From assembly GCA_963850905.1 (NCBI GenBank), contig CAWKMU010000003.1, positions 1,216,001 to 1,280,000 on the forward strand: DNA of 64,000 nucleotides, given 5' to 3'. Positions 21,071-33,280 of this stretch are shown piece after piece. The position numbers and the translations under genes were made by a program. Positions within the stretch are counted from its first letter, which is position 1, and each line of letters begins with the position of its first letter. Under the pieces are notes generated by a model that had not been told where the DNA came from, did no database searches, and saw nothing but the letters and a program-made list of their open reading frames with translations. Origin of the DNA: an uncultured Gemmatimonadales bacterium. GTDB lineage: Bacteria; Gemmatimonadota; Gemmatimonadetes; Gemmatimonadales; Gemmatimonadaceae.

Positions 21071-22088
21071 AGTCGAGCGCCAGGTCGAGCGCCGGCGGGG
21101 AGTGCGTCAATGACCCAGCGGAGATCCAGTCCACGCCCGTTTCCGCGATCGCCCGCACATTTTCCAGGCGCACGCGACCCGACGCTTCGACGATCGCACG
21201 CTTATCGACCAAGCGCACGCATTCGGCGAGCTGGCTGGTGGTCATGTTATCCAGCAGGACGATGTCGGCGCGGTGGGTGATCGCCGCTTCGACCTGTTCG
21301 ATGGAATCACATTCCACCTCGATGCGGGCGCCGGCCGGCGCCACCTTGCGCGCGCGGGCGATCGCCAGCCCGACGTCGCCATCGACGGCCGCGAGGTGAT
21401 TGTCCTTGATCAACACGGCACTCGCCAGATCCATGCGGTGATTCTGCCCACCGCCACACCGGACCGCGTACTTCTCGAGCGCGCGCCAGCCCGGCAGCGT
21501 TTTTCGGGTATCCAGAATCTTCGCGCCCGTTCCACGGACAGCTGCGACGAACTGGGTCGTCAAGGTGGCGATGCCCGACAAATGCTGCATGAAATTCAGC
21601 GCTACGCGCTCGGCCGACAGCATCCCTCGCGCGTGCCCGCGAATGAACACCACTGGCTCACCCGCGGCGACCGATTCACCGTCGCTCGCAATCACCCGCA
21701 TGACCGCTTTCGCATCCAGCTGCCGGAAGGCCTCCAGCGCGAGGGTTACACCCGCGACGGTGCCGGCCCGCCGAGCCACGATCGCGCCGCGGGCACGCCG
21801 CGCCGTCACGACCGTGGCGATCGTGGTCACGTCATTGAACGCCCCGTCCTCCTCGAGCGCCATGCGCACGAGTGCCGACAATTCTTCCGGAGAGAGCGGG
21901 AAGCGCGCCGCACTACCCGGCCGATCGAGCGCGGGGATGGACAATGGCGTTGGCCGGTGCCAAGCGGGGCGCGATGGGACCCAACCCGGCCAGTGCCCGG
22001 GCGTAATGTGTGGGCCGTCTTCCTCGGGGCCCCATGAGGGTTCGAGCGGCTCGTGGTCGCGCGGCGGTTGGTCGGGTGGTTGCGTCAT
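21063..22088 (-). CDS. nadC: Nicotinate-nucleotide diphosphorylase (quinolinate phosphoribosyltransferase)
   Basis: ERVALNF, DTRKT, NHRMDL, LIKDNH, IEVE, LLDNM, EASG; Pro-rich N-terminal extension. Confidence 0.96.
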   Translation of the reverse strand: MTQPPDQPPRDHEPLEPSWGPEEDGPHITPGHWPGWVPSRPAWHRPTPLSIPALDRPGSAARFPLSPEELSALVRMALEEDGAFNDVTTIATVVTARRARGAIVARRAGTVAGVTLALEAFRQLDAKAVMRVIASDGESVAAGEPVVFIRGHARGMLSAERVALNFMQHLSGIATLTTQFVAAVRGTGAKILDTRKTLPGWRALEKYAVRCGGGQNHRMDLASAVLIKDNHLAAVDGDVGLAIARARKVAPAGARIEVECDSIEQVEAAITHRADIVLLDNMTTSQLAECVRLVDKRAIVEASGRVRLENVRAIAETGVDWISAGSLTHSPPALDLALDFD

Positions 22089-22119
22089 GATGCGGAGGGT
22101 CTCCTACCGGTTACGGCAC

Positions 22120-23175
22120 TCATTCGCCCGGATCCAGGGCCAGCGAGGGGGACAGTGCACCGCGCGGCCCGCCCGCGGGCGCCCCGCCGATCGCCACCAT
22201 CCGCTCCAGCGCCAGGCGCGCCCGTGCCGCAATGTCGGGCGGCACGGTGATCCGGTGTTGCAGGTGCTCGAGCGCTGCCACTACCGCTGGCAGCGTGGTC
22301 ACTTTCATGTACGCGCACACGGCGCGGTCGTTTGCTGCAAAGAACCGCTTAGTGGGATTCTCCCGTCGCAGGCGGTGGAGAATGCCGACCTCGGTCGCCA
22401 CGATGAACTCGACCGCTGGGGACGCGGCTGGCCGTCGGATCATGCCCTCCGTCGAGAGGATCTGGACTCCCTCCGGATCGACGGCGCCGGCCGACACGGC
22501 CTCGACGACGGGCGTCGCGCATCCGCACTCCGGATGGATCAGAAACTCTGCGTCGGGATGCGCCGCGCGTCGTGCCGCGATGTCTTCCGCGTCGATCCCG
22601 GCATGGACATGACACTCTCCCATCCACACGTGCATGTTCTCTCGGCCCGTGACGCGACGGACGTGGGCTCCGAGAAAGACATCGGGGAGAAACAGCACCT
22701 CGCGGTCTGCGGGCACCGCGTTGACAACGTCCACGGCGTTGCCCGACGTGCAGCAATAGTCGCTCTCGGCTTTGACCGCCGCCGTCGTGTTGACGTACGA
22801 CACGACGACCGCGCCGGGATGCTCCGCCTTCCACGCCCGAAGTTGCTCTGCATCGATCGTCGCTGCCAACGAGCAGCCAGCGGCCATGTCGGGCAACAAC
22901 ACGACCTTGTTGGGCGACAGGATCGCGGCAGTCTCCGCCATGAAATGCACGCCGCAAAACACGATCACATCGGCGGTGGTCTTCGCCGCCTCTCGCGAGA
23001 GTCCGAGCGAATCCCCGACGAAGTCTGCGACGTCCTGGACTTCGCCTCGCTGGTAGTTGTGTGCCAGGATCACCGCGTTCCGCTCTCGCGCGAGTGACTT
23101 GATGCGGGCCTGCAGCGCGGCGACATCGCCCACTTCTCCGTTGGTCACCACGCGCTCGCCTCGCTCACCACTCAA
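22120..23175 (-). CDS. nadA: Quinolinate synthase
   Basis: [42 protein letters not shown]. Confidence 0.97.
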   Translation of the reverse strand: MSGERGERVVTNGEVGDVAALQARIKSLARERNAVILAHNYQRGEVQDVADFVGDSLGLSREAAKTTADVIVFCGVHFMAETAAILSPNKVVLLPDMAAGCSLAATIDAEQLRAWKAEHPGAVVVSYVNTTAAVKAESDYCCTSGNAVDVVNAVPADREVLFLPDVFLGAHVRRVTGRENMHVWMGECHVHAGIDAEDIAARRAAHPDAEFLIHPECGCATPVVEAVSAGAVDPEGVQILSTEGMIRRPAASPAVEFIVATEVGILHRLRRENPTKRFFAANDRAVCAYMKVTTLPAVVAALEHLQHRITVPPDIAARARLALERMVAIGGAPAGGPRGALSPSLALDPGE

Positions 23176-24679
23176 TGTGTCTTCGCTGCCACTTGCGCTT
23201 GGCCTTGGGGAAGTCTGTTCGGAAATGCCCGCCGCGAGACTCCTTTCGAAGGAGGGCCGCTTCCGCGATCAGCAGGGCCGTGTCCACCATGTTGGTCTCT
23301 TCAGTTGCACCGTCGGGCAACCGTTGTCCGATGGTGAGGATCTCCTCGACACATGTCCGCAAGCCTTTGGCCGTTCGCACAATCCCCGCACCGTCCCACA
23401 TGATACGCCTGACCGAGTCCGCCGCGACCTGCGCTGCGCCCCGGTCGGTGAGTAGCGGGACGCGCCAACCGCCCGCCCGTAGATCGGTCGTCTCGGCCGC
23501 GGGCACCGTCGCGAGGTCGCGGGCCACGCGCTCGGCGAACACCAGTCCCTCGAGCAGGGAGTTCGACGCCAACCGGTTCGCTCCGTGCACACCCGTGCGA
23601 GAGACCTCACCGCACGCGTAGAGACGTGACAGACTCGCGCGTCCAGCCAGGTCCGTGACGACGCCCCCCATCATGTAATGCGCAGCCGGCGTGACCGGGA
23701 TGAGATCGGCTCGAGGATCAATGCCCCGAGCCCGGCACAAGGCGAAGATTCCTGGAAATCGCTGTTCGAATTCCGCGCCAAGCCGCCGGGCATCGAGATA
23801 TACCTGTCCGCCGGAACGCTGTTCTCGGAAGATCTCCCGGGCGACTACGTCCCGCGGGGCGAGCTCCGCCATCGAGTGCCGGGCCGGCATGAACCGCTCG
23901 CCGTCAGCATTGAGCAGGATCGCCCCTTCCCCCCGCACGGCCTCGGAAATGAGTGCCAGCGGGTTCTCGGGGGTGTCGAGCGCGGTCGGGTGAAACTGCA
24001 CGAACTCCATGTCTGCCAGCCGAACCCCGGCCCGATGCGCGATCGCGTACCCGTCTCCTGTGGCAACCTGCGGGTTGGTCGTGTAGCGATACACCTGGCC
24101 GCATCCACCGGTCGCAAGTACGGTCGCGTCCGCCAGGATCTCTACCGGCTGTCCCGCCACGCTGGCACGCACACCCAGGCACTCCGCACCCTCGACGATG
24201 AGGTCGAGTACCCGAGTCGTCTCCATTACCTGCACGCCGGAGCTTTCGCGGACGCGCGTCACCAGTGTGCGCGCCACCTCCGCCCCCGTCTGATCGCCGT
24301 GCGCGTGCACGATCCGCTTCCGGGAGTGAGCGGCCTCCTTGCCGAGCTTGAAGCTGCCGTTTGGGGTGACGTCGAAATCGGCCCCCGCGGCCGACAGCTC
24401 GCGCACTCGAGCGGGCCCTTCCTCGACCAGGACCTGCACGGCGGCCGCGTCGCACAGTGCCGCACCGGCCGCGAGCGTGTCGCGACGGTGTAGCTCCGGC
24501 GAATCACCAGCGCCAAGCGCAGCCGCAATGCCGCCCTGGGCATACGCGGTTGCCGAATCGAAAAGCGACCGCTTTGTAACGACGATGACGGGACCGTGCT
24601 TCGAGGCCCGCCACGCCGTATGAAGGCCGGCGACGCCGCTGCCGATCACGAGGAAACGCGTTCGAATCTGGTCTGGCAT
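23165..24679 (-). CDS. nadB: L-aspartate oxidase
   Basis: [60 protein letters not shown]. Confidence 0.97.
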   Translation of the reverse strand: MPDQIRTRFLVIGSGVAGLHTAWRASKHGPVIVVTKRSLFDSATAYAQGGIAAALGAGDSPELHRRDTLAAGAALCDAAAVQVLVEEGPARVRELSAAGADFDVTPNGSFKLGKEAAHSRKRIVHAHGDQTGAEVARTLVTRVRESSGVQVMETTRVLDLIVEGAECLGVRASVAGQPVEILADATVLATGGCGQVYRYTTNPQVATGDGYAIAHRAGVRLADMEFVQFHPTALDTPENPLALISEAVRGEGAILLNADGERFMPARHSMAELAPRDVVAREIFREQRSGGQVYLDARRLGAEFEQRFPGIFALCRARGIDPRADLIPVTPAAHYMMGGVVTDLAGRASLSRLYACGEVSRTGVHGANRLASNSLLEGLVFAERVARDLATVPAAETTDLRAGGWRVPLLTDRGAAQVAADSVRRIMWDGAGIVRTAKGLRTCVEEILTIGQRLPDGATEETNMVDTALLIAEAALLRKESRGGHFRTDFPKAKRKWQRRHIEW

Positions 24680-24828
24680 CAACGAACGAGAGGCGGTAGT
24701 CGGCGCGGGCAACTATTGCGCCGGGCAGAGCTACTAAATATAAGGGCCGTCGCGGGATACCGGATCGCGAGATCCGCGGGCCGCTGCCTGCCTACGTAGT
24801 TAGATTCCGCCTTTCGTAGCCGGGCGCG

Positions 24829-26205
24829 GTGCCGCCTCTCCCGGCCCTTTCGCGCCGTCACCCGAGCGTCGGTCTGAAGCTACCCAGCACAAACTCGAAG
24901 CTCGTCGTCCTCATCATCACGGCCTTCGTGGACATGATGGGGACGTTGATGGTCGTGCCGCTGCTCCCGTTTTACGCGACACGGATGGGCGCCACGGGGC
25001 TCACGTACACCATGCTGGTGTCGGCGTTCGCCGTGGCGATGCTCCTGTCAGCGCCGATCTGGGGCCGCTTTTCAGACCGCTACGGGCGGCGGCCCACGCT
25101 TCTCGTTGCCCTGAGCGCTTCGGCGATCTCCTATGTGATCTTCGCGTTCGCGAACTCGCTCACCGTGCTCTTCCTGTCGCGCATCGTTCAGGGCGCGGGC
25201 GGCGGGACCGTCGGCGTGCTGCAGGCATACATCGCGGACGCGGTCGAGCCCAAGAATCGCGCCCGCGCGCTCGGGTGGTTGTCGGCAGCAACCAACGTCG
25301 GCGTGTCGATCGGACCGGTGCTGGCGACCATCGCCGTCTGGATCGGCGCTGGGCACGTGACACTTGGTGGTCACAATCTGACGCTCGGCGAAAGTGCGCC
25401 GGGCCTCTTCGCGGCCCTCATCTGCGTCGGCAACATCTATTTCGCGTGGCGATTTCTGCGCGAGTCGCACGACGTGGAGCCATCGCATCGAAGGCAGATC
25501 GAGCCGCGTGGCCGCAGTTGGGAGGTGATCTGGAGCGTGATCCGGCGCTCGGACGCCCCGGCGTCGCGGCTCATCGGGATCTACGCGATCGCCTTGGGCG
25601 CGTATATGGCGTCGATCGTCATCATTCCGCTGCTCCTCATGCGGCAGTTCGGCGCGACGGAAAAGTCGACGCTGTACTACATGTTCTTCGTGTACATGGG
25701 AACGCTGAATGTCGTCGCGCGTGCTCTGTTTCTGGGGCCGCTGGTCGACCGGTTCGGCGAAGCCCGGCTATCGCGATTCGGGATCGTGCTCATCGTGCTC
25801 GGGTTGCTCAGCATCCCGCTGGCGCACTCCATCCCGCTCTTCGTGATCGCGTCCGCGTTCCTTCCGCTCGGAGCGTCGTTCACCTTCTCGTGTGTCACCT
25901 CCATGCTCTCGCGCGTGATCTCGGGCGATGAACGCGGGCTTTACATGGGCGTACAACAGACATTCGGCGGGATCACTCGGGTGTTCTTTCCGATCGGCGC
26001 GGGCTTTCTGTGGGATCAGCACCCGGCCGCGCCGTTCTGGACTGCTGCGGGACTCGTGGCCGGCACGTTGCTTCTGGGGACGGACGCCGACCGCTACCTG
26101 AAGCGAACGCCGGCTGTCGCCCCCGTGCCCGCTCCCCCCGAAATCGCGTCCGTGGCTGCGGCGCCGGTGCAAGCGCCGGTCGGGAGTGAGCGAGCGAGCG
26201 GCTAG
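24829..26205 (+). CDS. MFS transporter (TetA/DHA1-like)
   Basis: GRFSDRYGRRP motif A, about 12 hydrophobic helices; true start may be slightly downstream. Confidence 0.92.
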   Translation: MPPLPALSRRHPSVGLKLPSTNSKLVVLIITAFVDMMGTLMVVPLLPFYATRMGATGLTYTMLVSAFAVAMLLSAPIWGRFSDRYGRRPTLLVALSASAISYVIFAFANSLTVLFLSRIVQGAGGGTVGVLQAYIADAVEPKNRARALGWLSAATNVGVSIGPVLATIAVWIGAGHVTLGGHNLTLGESAPGLFAALICVGNIYFAWRFLRESHDVEPSHRRQIEPRGRSWEVIWSVIRRSDAPASRLIGIYAIALGAYMASIVIIPLLLMRQFGATEKSTLYYMFFVYMGTLNVVARALFLGPLVDRFGEARLSRFGIVLIVLGLLSIPLAHSIPLFVIASAFLPLGASFTFSCVTSMLSRVISGDERGLYMGVQQTFGGITRVFFPIGAGFLWDQHPAAPFWTAAGLVAGTLLLGTDADRYLKRTPAVAPVPAPPEIASVAAAPVQAPVGSERASG

Positions 26206-26228
26206 AAAAGCGCCGCTGTGGTGGACGC

Positions 26229-27998
26229 CTACACCTCCAACACCGGGTCCGTTACGAAATACCCGCCCGCGGTGCGCACCGCGCCCGCGATGGATCGACG
26301 CGTGTCGTCGACGGGTTCTTCCCGTCCCGCCAGCGCCAGGCGTTGCGAACGAAAGCGGCGGCCGGCGGTGACACACACGAGATCGCACAGTGCCAGCTCG
26401 CGCCCACAGTCGTCGACCCCGCGCTCCTCGACCAGCCGCTGCGTGCGTGCGAGCGTCGTGGCGGTCGCGTACAGCTCGATCGCCATGTTGGCCAGGCGCT
26501 CGAGCACGAGCTGTCGATCGGTGATGGCGTGGCGGTACTTCATGATGGCGCGCTCCGCCTCCACCTTGAGCTCCGCGACGTGCTTCTCGAAATACCGCCA
26601 ATGATCCTCGAGCCTCGCATGCAGTGGGTAATCGATGCGGGCCGTTGCGCCAAGCAGACTGCCGACCCGTGAGCTCATATACCCGCTCACGAGACCGAGA
26701 TTGCGAAGCGGGCGCCGAATCGCTGCGGCAAGCTCCCCGAGCCGTGCGGCTGGACCCTGGACGCCATTCAGCGCGATGAAGAGGCGCAGGATCTCGTTCG
26801 CGCCTTCGAAGATGCGGTTGATGCGCGTATCCCGCAGGTGGCGTTCGTAGGGATACGGCTTGACGAATCCGCGGCCGCCAGCGAGTTGCACGAGCTCGTC
26901 CGCCGCGCGCCAGATCGCCTCACTCGCAAACACCTTCGCACACGCGGCCTCGAGCGCGACATCGCTGTTGGGGCGATCCACCTGTGCGGATAGTGCGCCG
27001 ACCATCGCGTCCGCCGCGTACGCATCTGCGGCCGCTTCGGCCAGCTTGCGCTGCGTGATCTCGAATTCAGCGAGCGGATGGCCGAATTGCACTCGTGCGG
27101 CGGCGTACCGGGCCATCTCGCCGAGCAGCATCTTGCATCCACCGGTACAGCCCGCGGCGAGGCTCAGGCGGCCCGCGTTCAGGACGTTCACCGCCACCGC
27201 GAACCCCTTGCCGACCTGACCCAGCACGTGGTCGTCAGGGACGTGCAGGTTCTCGTATGCCAGCTCCGCCTGTGTCGAGCCTCGAATCCCCAGCTTGCGC
27301 ACCGTCCCCACGACGCGAAACCCCGGCATGTCGGGTCGGATGATGAACGCCGTGGGCCGGCGAACGAACTCGCCGCGTCGTTCGACCGACGTTTGTGCGA
27401 ACGTCGCGATCACGCCCGCGCGCTGGCCGTTCCCGATCCAGATTTTCCGGCCGTTGAGGACCCAGTGTGTGTCGTCGGCCGAGTGTTCGGCCAGCGTCCG
27501 AATGTTCTGCGCGTCGGAACCGGTCTCTGGCTCCGTCAATGCATACGCCGCGAGCGTCTCACCGCGGGCGAGCATCGGCAAGTAGCGGGCTTTCTGTGCC
27601 GGGCTGCCAAACAACACGATGGCCTTCGATCCCAGGCCACAGTGCACGCCGACCAGGACCGCGACCGACGCGTCGGTGGTGGATATGGCGCTGAAGACTC
27701 GGGCGTAGGCCGACGCCGACAGTCCTAGGCCGCCGAACTCCTTCGGAATCGTAAGCGCCAGCAGGCCGATGTCGGCCAGCGCTCGAATGACGGGCTCCGG
27801 GATCGTTTCGGCATCATCGATCGCGGCTGAATCGATGACGTCGCCTTGCAGGCGGTGGAGGTCCCGAATCAATCGCGAGACGACGCGGGCCTCGTCCGGG
27901 TCGCGCCGCTCGAGTGGATCCGGGAAGGGGAAGAACGGGGTCTCGTGAATGACGCCGGCGAACAATCCGCGAACGAATGATGGCGCCGGCTCAGACAT
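26229..27998 (-). CDS. Acyl-CoA dehydrogenase (VLCAD/ACAD9-like)
   Basis: [46 protein letters not shown]-terminal ACAD9-like helices; ATG 27998. Confidence 0.95.
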   Translation of the reverse strand: MSEPAPSFVRGLFAGVIHETPFFPFPDPLERRDPDEARVVSRLIRDLHRLQGDVIDSAAIDDAETIPEPVIRALADIGLLALTIPKEFGGLGLSASAYARVFSAISTTDASVAVLVGVHCGLGSKAIVLFGSPAQKARYLPMLARGETLAAYALTEPETGSDAQNIRTLAEHSADDTHWVLNGRKIWIGNGQRAGVIATFAQTSVERRGEFVRRPTAFIIRPDMPGFRVVGTVRKLGIRGSTQAELAYENLHVPDDHVLGQVGKGFAVAVNVLNAGRLSLAAGCTGGCKMLLGEMARYAAARVQFGHPLAEFEITQRKLAEAAADAYAADAMVGALSAQVDRPNSDVALEAACAKVFASEAIWRAADELVQLAGGRGFVKPYPYERHLRDTRINRIFEGANEILRLFIALNGVQGPAARLGELAAAIRRPLRNLGLVSGYMSSRVGSLLGATARIDYPLHARLEDHWRYFEKHVAELKVEAERAIMKYRHAITDRQLVLERLANMAIELYATATTLARTQRLVEERGVDDCGRELALCDLVCVTAGRRFRSQRLALAGREEPVDDTRRSIAGAVRTAGGYFVTDPVLEV

Positions 27999-30066
27999 GC
28001 GTGCGATCTGCCGCGTGTTGACCGAGTCCGTCCAATTGTGCCGCCAGCCCATCGGGTTCGGTTTGTGGCAGATCGCACGTTTGGTAACGACAGACGTATG
28101 CCGTGGCAGCCCCATCCTCCCGGCCCGCGCGCTCCGCAATGATCCGCACATCGTGGCCATCTGCCGCGGCGCCGCCCGCGATCACGAGTGCGGGCACGTA
28201 GCGCGGCGCCGCGGCCGCGAGGAGCGCGTTGAATGACGGGCTTCGCGGGGTACCGACGATGACGAGTGTCACGGCGCCATTGATCGCCATGTCGGCAGCA
28301 CTGAGGGTGTGACCGAACGCGCTCGGATACTGCGACATCGGACCCGCCAACGTCTGCAGGACGTGCACGGCGCGCGAGCGCATCTGGCCGTCCTCGAGAA
28401 GCTCCGCCAGCCTGAGATACAGCTCGACGGCGAGCGCAGTGCCGGATGGCATCGCGTTGTCGGTCAGATCCCGCGGGCGCGTGATGAGCGGCTCGGCGTC
28501 ACGCGCGGTATCGAAGAATCCGTTGATGTCGGCATCCCAGAACCAGGTGTCCATCGCCGCCGCGATCGACCGGGCACGGTCGAGCCAGACACGATCGAAC
28601 GTCAGCTCGTAGGTCGCCAGAAACCCGAGCGCGACCGCCGCGTGGTCTTCGAGGAATCCCGGGATCTTGGTCGTTCCCTCGGTATGCGTCCGCATCACGC
28701 GACCGTCGGGACGCGCGAGGACACGAGCCAGAAACTCGGCGTTGGCCAGCGCGAGCGACGTATCCGCGGGACGACCGAATGCGCGGGCTGCCTGGACTAC
28801 CGCGCGGAGCGTGAGCCCGTTCCACGCGGCGAGTTTCTTCTCGTCCCGGCCAGGTCGCGTCCGTCGATCGCGGACGGCGAGTACGGCTTGCCGTGCGCGG
28901 TCGAGCGCCGCGTTCAGCGCACCCAGCGTGATCCCTGCGCGACGTGTCGCGTCCTCGGGATCGGCGGCCACGTGCAGGATGTTGTATCCCTCGAAGTTCC
29001 CTCCAGGAGTGACGCCATAGTACGCCTTGAAGACGGCGGAATCGGGGCCGAGGACGATGTCGAGCTCGGATTCATCCCATACGTAGAACTTGCCTTCTTC
29101 GCCGTCGCTGTCCGCGTCCAGCGAGGCGTAGAAGCCGCCGTCGGCGTCCGTCATCTCGCGGCGCACCCAATCCAGCGTCGCTTCCGTCACCCTCCGCACA
29201 TCAGCGTCCTGCGTGGACTGCCACAGATGCGTCCCGAGTCCGATGAGGAGCGCGTTGTCGTACAACATTTTCTCGAAATGCGGCACCTGCCACGCGTCGT
29301 CCACGGCGTAGCGATGGAACCCTCCTCCTACCTGATCGTAGATGCCGCCGCGCGACATTGCTCGAAACGTGTCGAGCGCCATCTCCGCCGCGTCCGCGGC
29401 TCCGGTCCGAACTGAATAGGCGAGCAAGAACTCGAGACACATGGTCGGCGGAAACTTCGGTGCGCCGTTGAATCCGCCGTGCGCGGCATCGTAGTGCGCC
29501 GCGAGCGCGTGCTGGGCATGGTCGAGCGTGTCCGGTCCGAGCGGACTTGTCGCGCCTGCCCGCGCGCCGGTGGCGTAAATCTCCCGCATTGCCGCGGCCG
29601 TCTGCTCGACACGGTCACGCTTCGAGCGATACGCGTCGGCCACCGAGCGGAGCACGCGGCGAAAGGCGGGCATGCCAGGCCGATCACTCGGAGGGAAATA
29701 CGTCCCCGCGTAGAACGGCTCCCCCGACGGTGTGAGAAACATCGTCATCGGCCAGCCGCCATGCCCTGTCATGGACTGCACCGCTTGCATGTAGACGCTG
29801 TCCACGTCCGGGCGCTCCTCACGGTCGACCTTGATGCACACGAACAGATCGTTCATGAGTGCCGCAGTCTCCGGATCCTCGAATGACTCGTGGGCCATGA
29901 CGTGGCACCAGTGACACGCGGCGTAGCCGATACTCAGCAGGACCGGCTTGTCTTCACGGGCTGCGCGCTCCAGCGCTGCCGGGCCCCATGGGTACCAGTC
30001 CACCGGATTGTCGGCGTGTTGACGGAGGTACGGACTCGTCTCAACGGCGAGTCGGTTTGCCATCAT
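27991..30066 (-). CDS. YyaL/SPATA20-family thioredoxin-domain protein
   Basis: [47 protein letters not shown]. Confidence 0.95.
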   Translation of the reverse strand: MMANRLAVETSPYLRQHADNPVDWYPWGPAALERAAREDKPVLLSIGYAACHWCHVMAHESFEDPETAALMNDLFVCIKVDREERPDVDSVYMQAVQSMTGHGGWPMTMFLTPSGEPFYAGTYFPPSDRPGMPAFRRVLRSVADAYRSKRDRVEQTAAAMREIYATGARAGATSPLGPDTLDHAQHALAAHYDAAHGGFNGAPKFPPTMCLEFLLAYSVRTGAADAAEMALDTFRAMSRGGIYDQVGGGFHRYAVDDAWQVPHFEKMLYDNALLIGLGTHLWQSTQDADVRRVTEATLDWVRREMTDADGGFYASLDADSDGEEGKFYVWDESELDIVLGPDSAVFKAYYGVTPGGNFEGYNILHVAADPEDATRRAGITLGALNAALDRARQAVLAVRDRRTRPGRDEKKLAAWNGLTLRAVVQAARAFGRPADTSLALANAEFLARVLARPDGRVMRTHTEGTTKIPGFLEDHAAVALGFLATYELTFDRVWLDRARSIAAAMDTWFWDADINGFFDTARDAEPLITRPRDLTDNAMPSGTALAVELYLRLAELLEDGQMRSRAVHVLQTLAGPMSQYPSAFGHTLSAADMAINGAVTLVIVGTPRSPSFNALLAAAAPRYVPALVIAGGAAADGHDVRIIAERAGREDGAATAYVCRYQTCDLPQTEPDGLAAQLDGLGQHAADRTHV

Positions 30067-30185
30067 GATCTCCCGTGGAGTGCGGCGGCGCATACTGCCC
30101 GCCTGCAGTGATACATTGTCAGCGCCATGCCACCCGGCGATCGCACCCACACGCCGCGCCTATCGCTCGCCCAGTTGAAGTATAC

Positions 30186-31715
30186 ATGAAGACGGCCCTC
30201 GTTGTCCTGACGGTGGCGGTGGCGGTGCGTCTCCTGCTCGCCGCAGCGGTGCCGCTCGTTCCGGATGAGGCGTACTACTGGGAATGGTCGCGGCACTTGG
30301 CCGCCGGATATTTCGATCACCCGCCGATGATCGCGTGGCTCGTGCGCGCGGGGACCGCACTGATCGGTGAAACGCCGCTGGGCGTTCGTCTCGGTGTCAT
30401 TGTCGCGGGGTATGCAGGCTGCGTTGCTGCTGCGGCCCTGGCTTGCCGCATCGCTGGTGCCCCGGCGGCCACTCGCACGGCAGTGATCATGTCGGTCGTA
30501 CCGATGGCGGGCATCGGTCTCGTGCTGGCGACGCCCGACGTTCCGCTCCTCGCGGGTGCGGCCGGCGTCCTGTGGGCGCTGGATCATGCCATCGCTGGAG
30601 CCGCGAGCCCATCGACATCGGCGAGTCGGCTGGGTTCGTCGTGGCAGACCGCCTTTGGCTGGTGGGTCGTGGTCGGTGTGATGCTCGGTATCACCCTGCT
30701 GTCGAAATATCCGGCGGTCCTCCTTCCGGCCGGCGTCGCCCTTGGCTGCGCTGTCTCTCCCCCGCTTCGCAGCCAATTGAGTCGTCCCGGTCCATACCTC
30801 GCGTGTGCGATCGCGGCCCTGCTCTTCGTGCCGGTGCTCCAGTGGAACGCCGGCCACGGGTGGGTCTCGTTCGCCTTTCAGTTGCGCCATGGCCTCGGTC
30901 CGCTTCGCGGGTCGGTGAGCAGTCGCCAGTTGCAGCTGCTCGGTGCGCAACTGGGCCTGGTCACTCCGATTTTGTTCGTGCTTCTCGTACTGGCGGTGGC
31001 TCGTGCGCTTGGCCAGCCCACGGTGTACCGGCCCTTTCTGCTAGCAGCCATTGGCACGTTCGTGTGGGGGTTTTTCACTGTAAGCGCGATCAGGCACCCG
31101 GTGTCGCCGAACTGGCCCGCGCTCGCCCTCCTGCCGGCCATCGTCGCGCTCGGCGTGCAGAGGCCAGATGGAGCATGGATGCGGTGGGAGCGTGCTGGCG
31201 TCGTTCTTGCCGCTGCCGTCGTCCTGGCTCTGTCGGTGCACGCCGTACACCCATGGCTGCCATTCACTGCGCGCCAGGATCCCTTCGCTCAGGCGTACGG
31301 CTGGGATGATCTCGCGCGGGCGGTCGCCGCCGAGGACGATCGCGTCGTGCCGCAGGAGGAGCGTGTGTGGGTCGCAGCGGACCGATATCAAGAGGCGGCG
31401 GAACTCGCCTGGCACCTGCCGCATCATCCCAGGGTGTTCTCGCTCGAGCTGGCCAGCCGGCGCAATGAGTATGATTTCTGGCCGACCGCCGCAGACTCGG
31501 TCCGGCTCGGAGACTCGATGACCCTCGTGCTCGATGAAAGCGCCGATCTGCCAGTGCCCGTTCGTCGGCTCACGCCATTGTTCTCCCAGGTTGTTCGCGG
31601 CCCGCTCGTCAGCATGCACTGGGGGCCCGACCACGTTGTCTCGCAGCGACGGATCTGGCATCTTCTCAGATCGACTGTCCCACTTACCACTCTTCTCGGC
31701 CGGCCCCAGTCATGA
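30186..31715 (+). CDS. GT39/ArnT-like (PMT_2) membrane glycosyltransferase
   Basis: PDEAYYWEW, GYFDHPP, TPD, LSKY, multiple TMs; ATG 30186. Confidence 0.92.
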   Translation: MKTALVVLTVAVAVRLLLAAAVPLVPDEAYYWEWSRHLAAGYFDHPPMIAWLVRAGTALIGETPLGVRLGVIVAGYAGCVAAAALACRIAGAPAATRTAVIMSVVPMAGIGLVLATPDVPLLAGAAGVLWALDHAIAGAASPSTSASRLGSSWQTAFGWWVVVGVMLGITLLSKYPAVLLPAGVALGCAVSPPLRSQLSRPGPYLACAIAALLFVPVLQWNAGHGWVSFAFQLRHGLGPLRGSVSSRQLQLLGAQLGLVTPILFVLLVLAVARALGQPTVYRPFLLAAIGTFVWGFFTVSAIRHPVSPNWPALALLPAIVALGVQRPDGAWMRWERAGVVLAAAVVLALSVHAVHPWLPFTARQDPFAQAYGWDDLARAVAAEDDRVVPQEERVWVAADRYQEAAELAWHLPHHPRVFSLELASRRNEYDFWPTAADSVRLGDSMTLVLDESADLPVPVRRLTPLFSQVVRGPLVSMHWGPDHVVSQRRIWHLLRSTVPLTTLLGRPQS

Positions 31716-33106
31716 CCACCGTTCCCGCCGATCTCGACGCGTTCATCACCACACATCGCGATCGCTTCACTCGCGAGCTGTTCGAGTTTCTCCGGATCCC
31801 CAGCATCAGCGCCCGATCGGAGCACAACGCGGACACGGCGCGCGCGGCGCGCTGGCTTGCCGATGCCTGCGCGGCGGCCGGGCTGCAGCCGGAGATCGTG
31901 CCGACCCCTGGACATCCAGTCGTCCTCGCCGAGTGGCGCGCTGCGGGCCCCGACCGGCCGACCGTGCTGATCTACGGGCACTACGACGTGCAACCGGTCG
32001 AGCCACTCGAGCTATGGACGTCGCCGCCCTTCGAGCCTACGGTGCGTGACGGAAAAATTTTTGCGCGAGGTTCGGTAGACGACAAGGGCCAGCTGTATCT
32101 GCACGTCAAAGCGCTCGAGGCCCATCTGCGCGTCCGCCGGCGCTTGCCCGTGAACGTCATCCTGGTCGCGGAAGGCGAGGAGGAGGTGGGGAGCGACCAC
32201 CTCGGGGACTTCGTACGCTCGCATCGCGAACGACTCCGCTGCGATGCGGTGGTCATCTCGGACTCATCGATGTTTGCGCCCGGGCAACCTTCCATTCTTT
32301 CGTCACTGCGCGGCTTGACGTATTTCCAGATCGATGTCGACGGACCCGCGCGCGACCTGCACTCGGGCATCTACGGGGGCGCCGTCGTCAACCCGGCAAC
32401 GGCGCTGGCCCGGATCATCGCGACGTTTCACGACGCGAATGGCCGGGTCGCAGTCCCCGGATTCTACGATGCCGTTCGCGACTGGCCGGCCGACGTGCGC
32501 GAGCGCATGCGCGCGCTGCCATTCGAGGACGCGACAATGCTGGAGGAGGTCGGCGCCCCCGCGCTGGGCGGCGAGCCGGGTTACACGGTGCTCGAGCGCG
32601 TGTGGACGCGGCCGACATGTGAGATCAACGGATTGCTCAGCGGGTATACCGGTGAGGGTGCCAAGACCGTGCTGCCTTCACATGCGATGGCCAAGGTCAG
32701 TTGTCGGCTGGTGCCCGACCAAGAGCCCTCGACCATCGAGCGCATCATGCAGGCGCATGTCGAACGCGTTGCGCCGCCCGGCGTCCGCGTTCGAGTGACT
32801 CACCTGCACGGTGGCCGTCCGTGGCGTGCGGATCTGCACGGAGCACTCTACGACGCCGCTGCGCAGGCGCTCGAGGCCGCGTTCCGGCGCGCGCCAGTGA
32901 TTGTCGGGGAAGGGGGCTCGATTCCCGTCGTCGACGATTTTGCCACCACGCTCGAGGCTCCGGTCCTTCTCATGGGATTCGGCCTGCCCGGCGAAAACGC
33001 GCACGCACCCGACGAATGGATGAGCGCGGAGAACTTTGATCTGGGTATGCGCGCCGTTGCGACATTGTGGGATAGGCTGGGAACGGCGTCTGGGTTGAAA
33101 AACTAG
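31712..33106 (+). CDS. M20-family dipeptidase
   Basis: YGHYDVQP, ARG..DDKGQ, EGEEEVGS, DLHSG, NAHAPDE. Confidence 0.95.
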   Translation: MTTVPADLDAFITTHRDRFTRELFEFLRIPSISARSEHNADTARAARWLADACAAAGLQPEIVPTPGHPVVLAEWRAAGPDRPTVLIYGHYDVQPVEPLELWTSPPFEPTVRDGKIFARGSVDDKGQLYLHVKALEAHLRVRRRLPVNVILVAEGEEEVGSDHLGDFVRSHRERLRCDAVVISDSSMFAPGQPSILSSLRGLTYFQIDVDGPARDLHSGIYGGAVVNPATALARIIATFHDANGRVAVPGFYDAVRDWPADVRERMRALPFEDATMLEEVGAPALGGEPGYTVLERVWTRPTCEINGLLSGYTGEGAKTVLPSHAMAKVSCRLVPDQEPSTIERIMQAHVERVAPPGVRVRVTHLHGGRPWRADLHGALYDAAAQALEAAFRRAPVIVGEGGSIPVVDDFATTLEAPVLLMGFGLPGENAHAPDEWMSAENFDLGMRAVATLWDRLGTASGLKN

Positions 33107-33215
33107 GGCCGGGTTCCGGGGTCCGGGTTCCGGGTAACACCAAGGGCCAGGCGCGTTTCGGCGCTCCAGGCCCTGCTTGTTGTTCCCGGATCCCGGAACC
33201 CGGAACCCGTTACCC
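33106..33215. repeat. Inverted pair of 7-bp tandem repeats (GGGTTCC / GGAACCC)
   Basis: 33106-33138 gggcc gggttcc ggggtcc gggttcc gggtaaca pairs with 33181-33209 tgttcccggatcccggaacccggaacccg. Confidence 0.8.
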
Positions 33216-33280
33216 CGCTTTTGTTGCCCAATACTTGCTGAGCCTCCCCATTACTTTACCCATCCCCTCCGCCGGAGGTT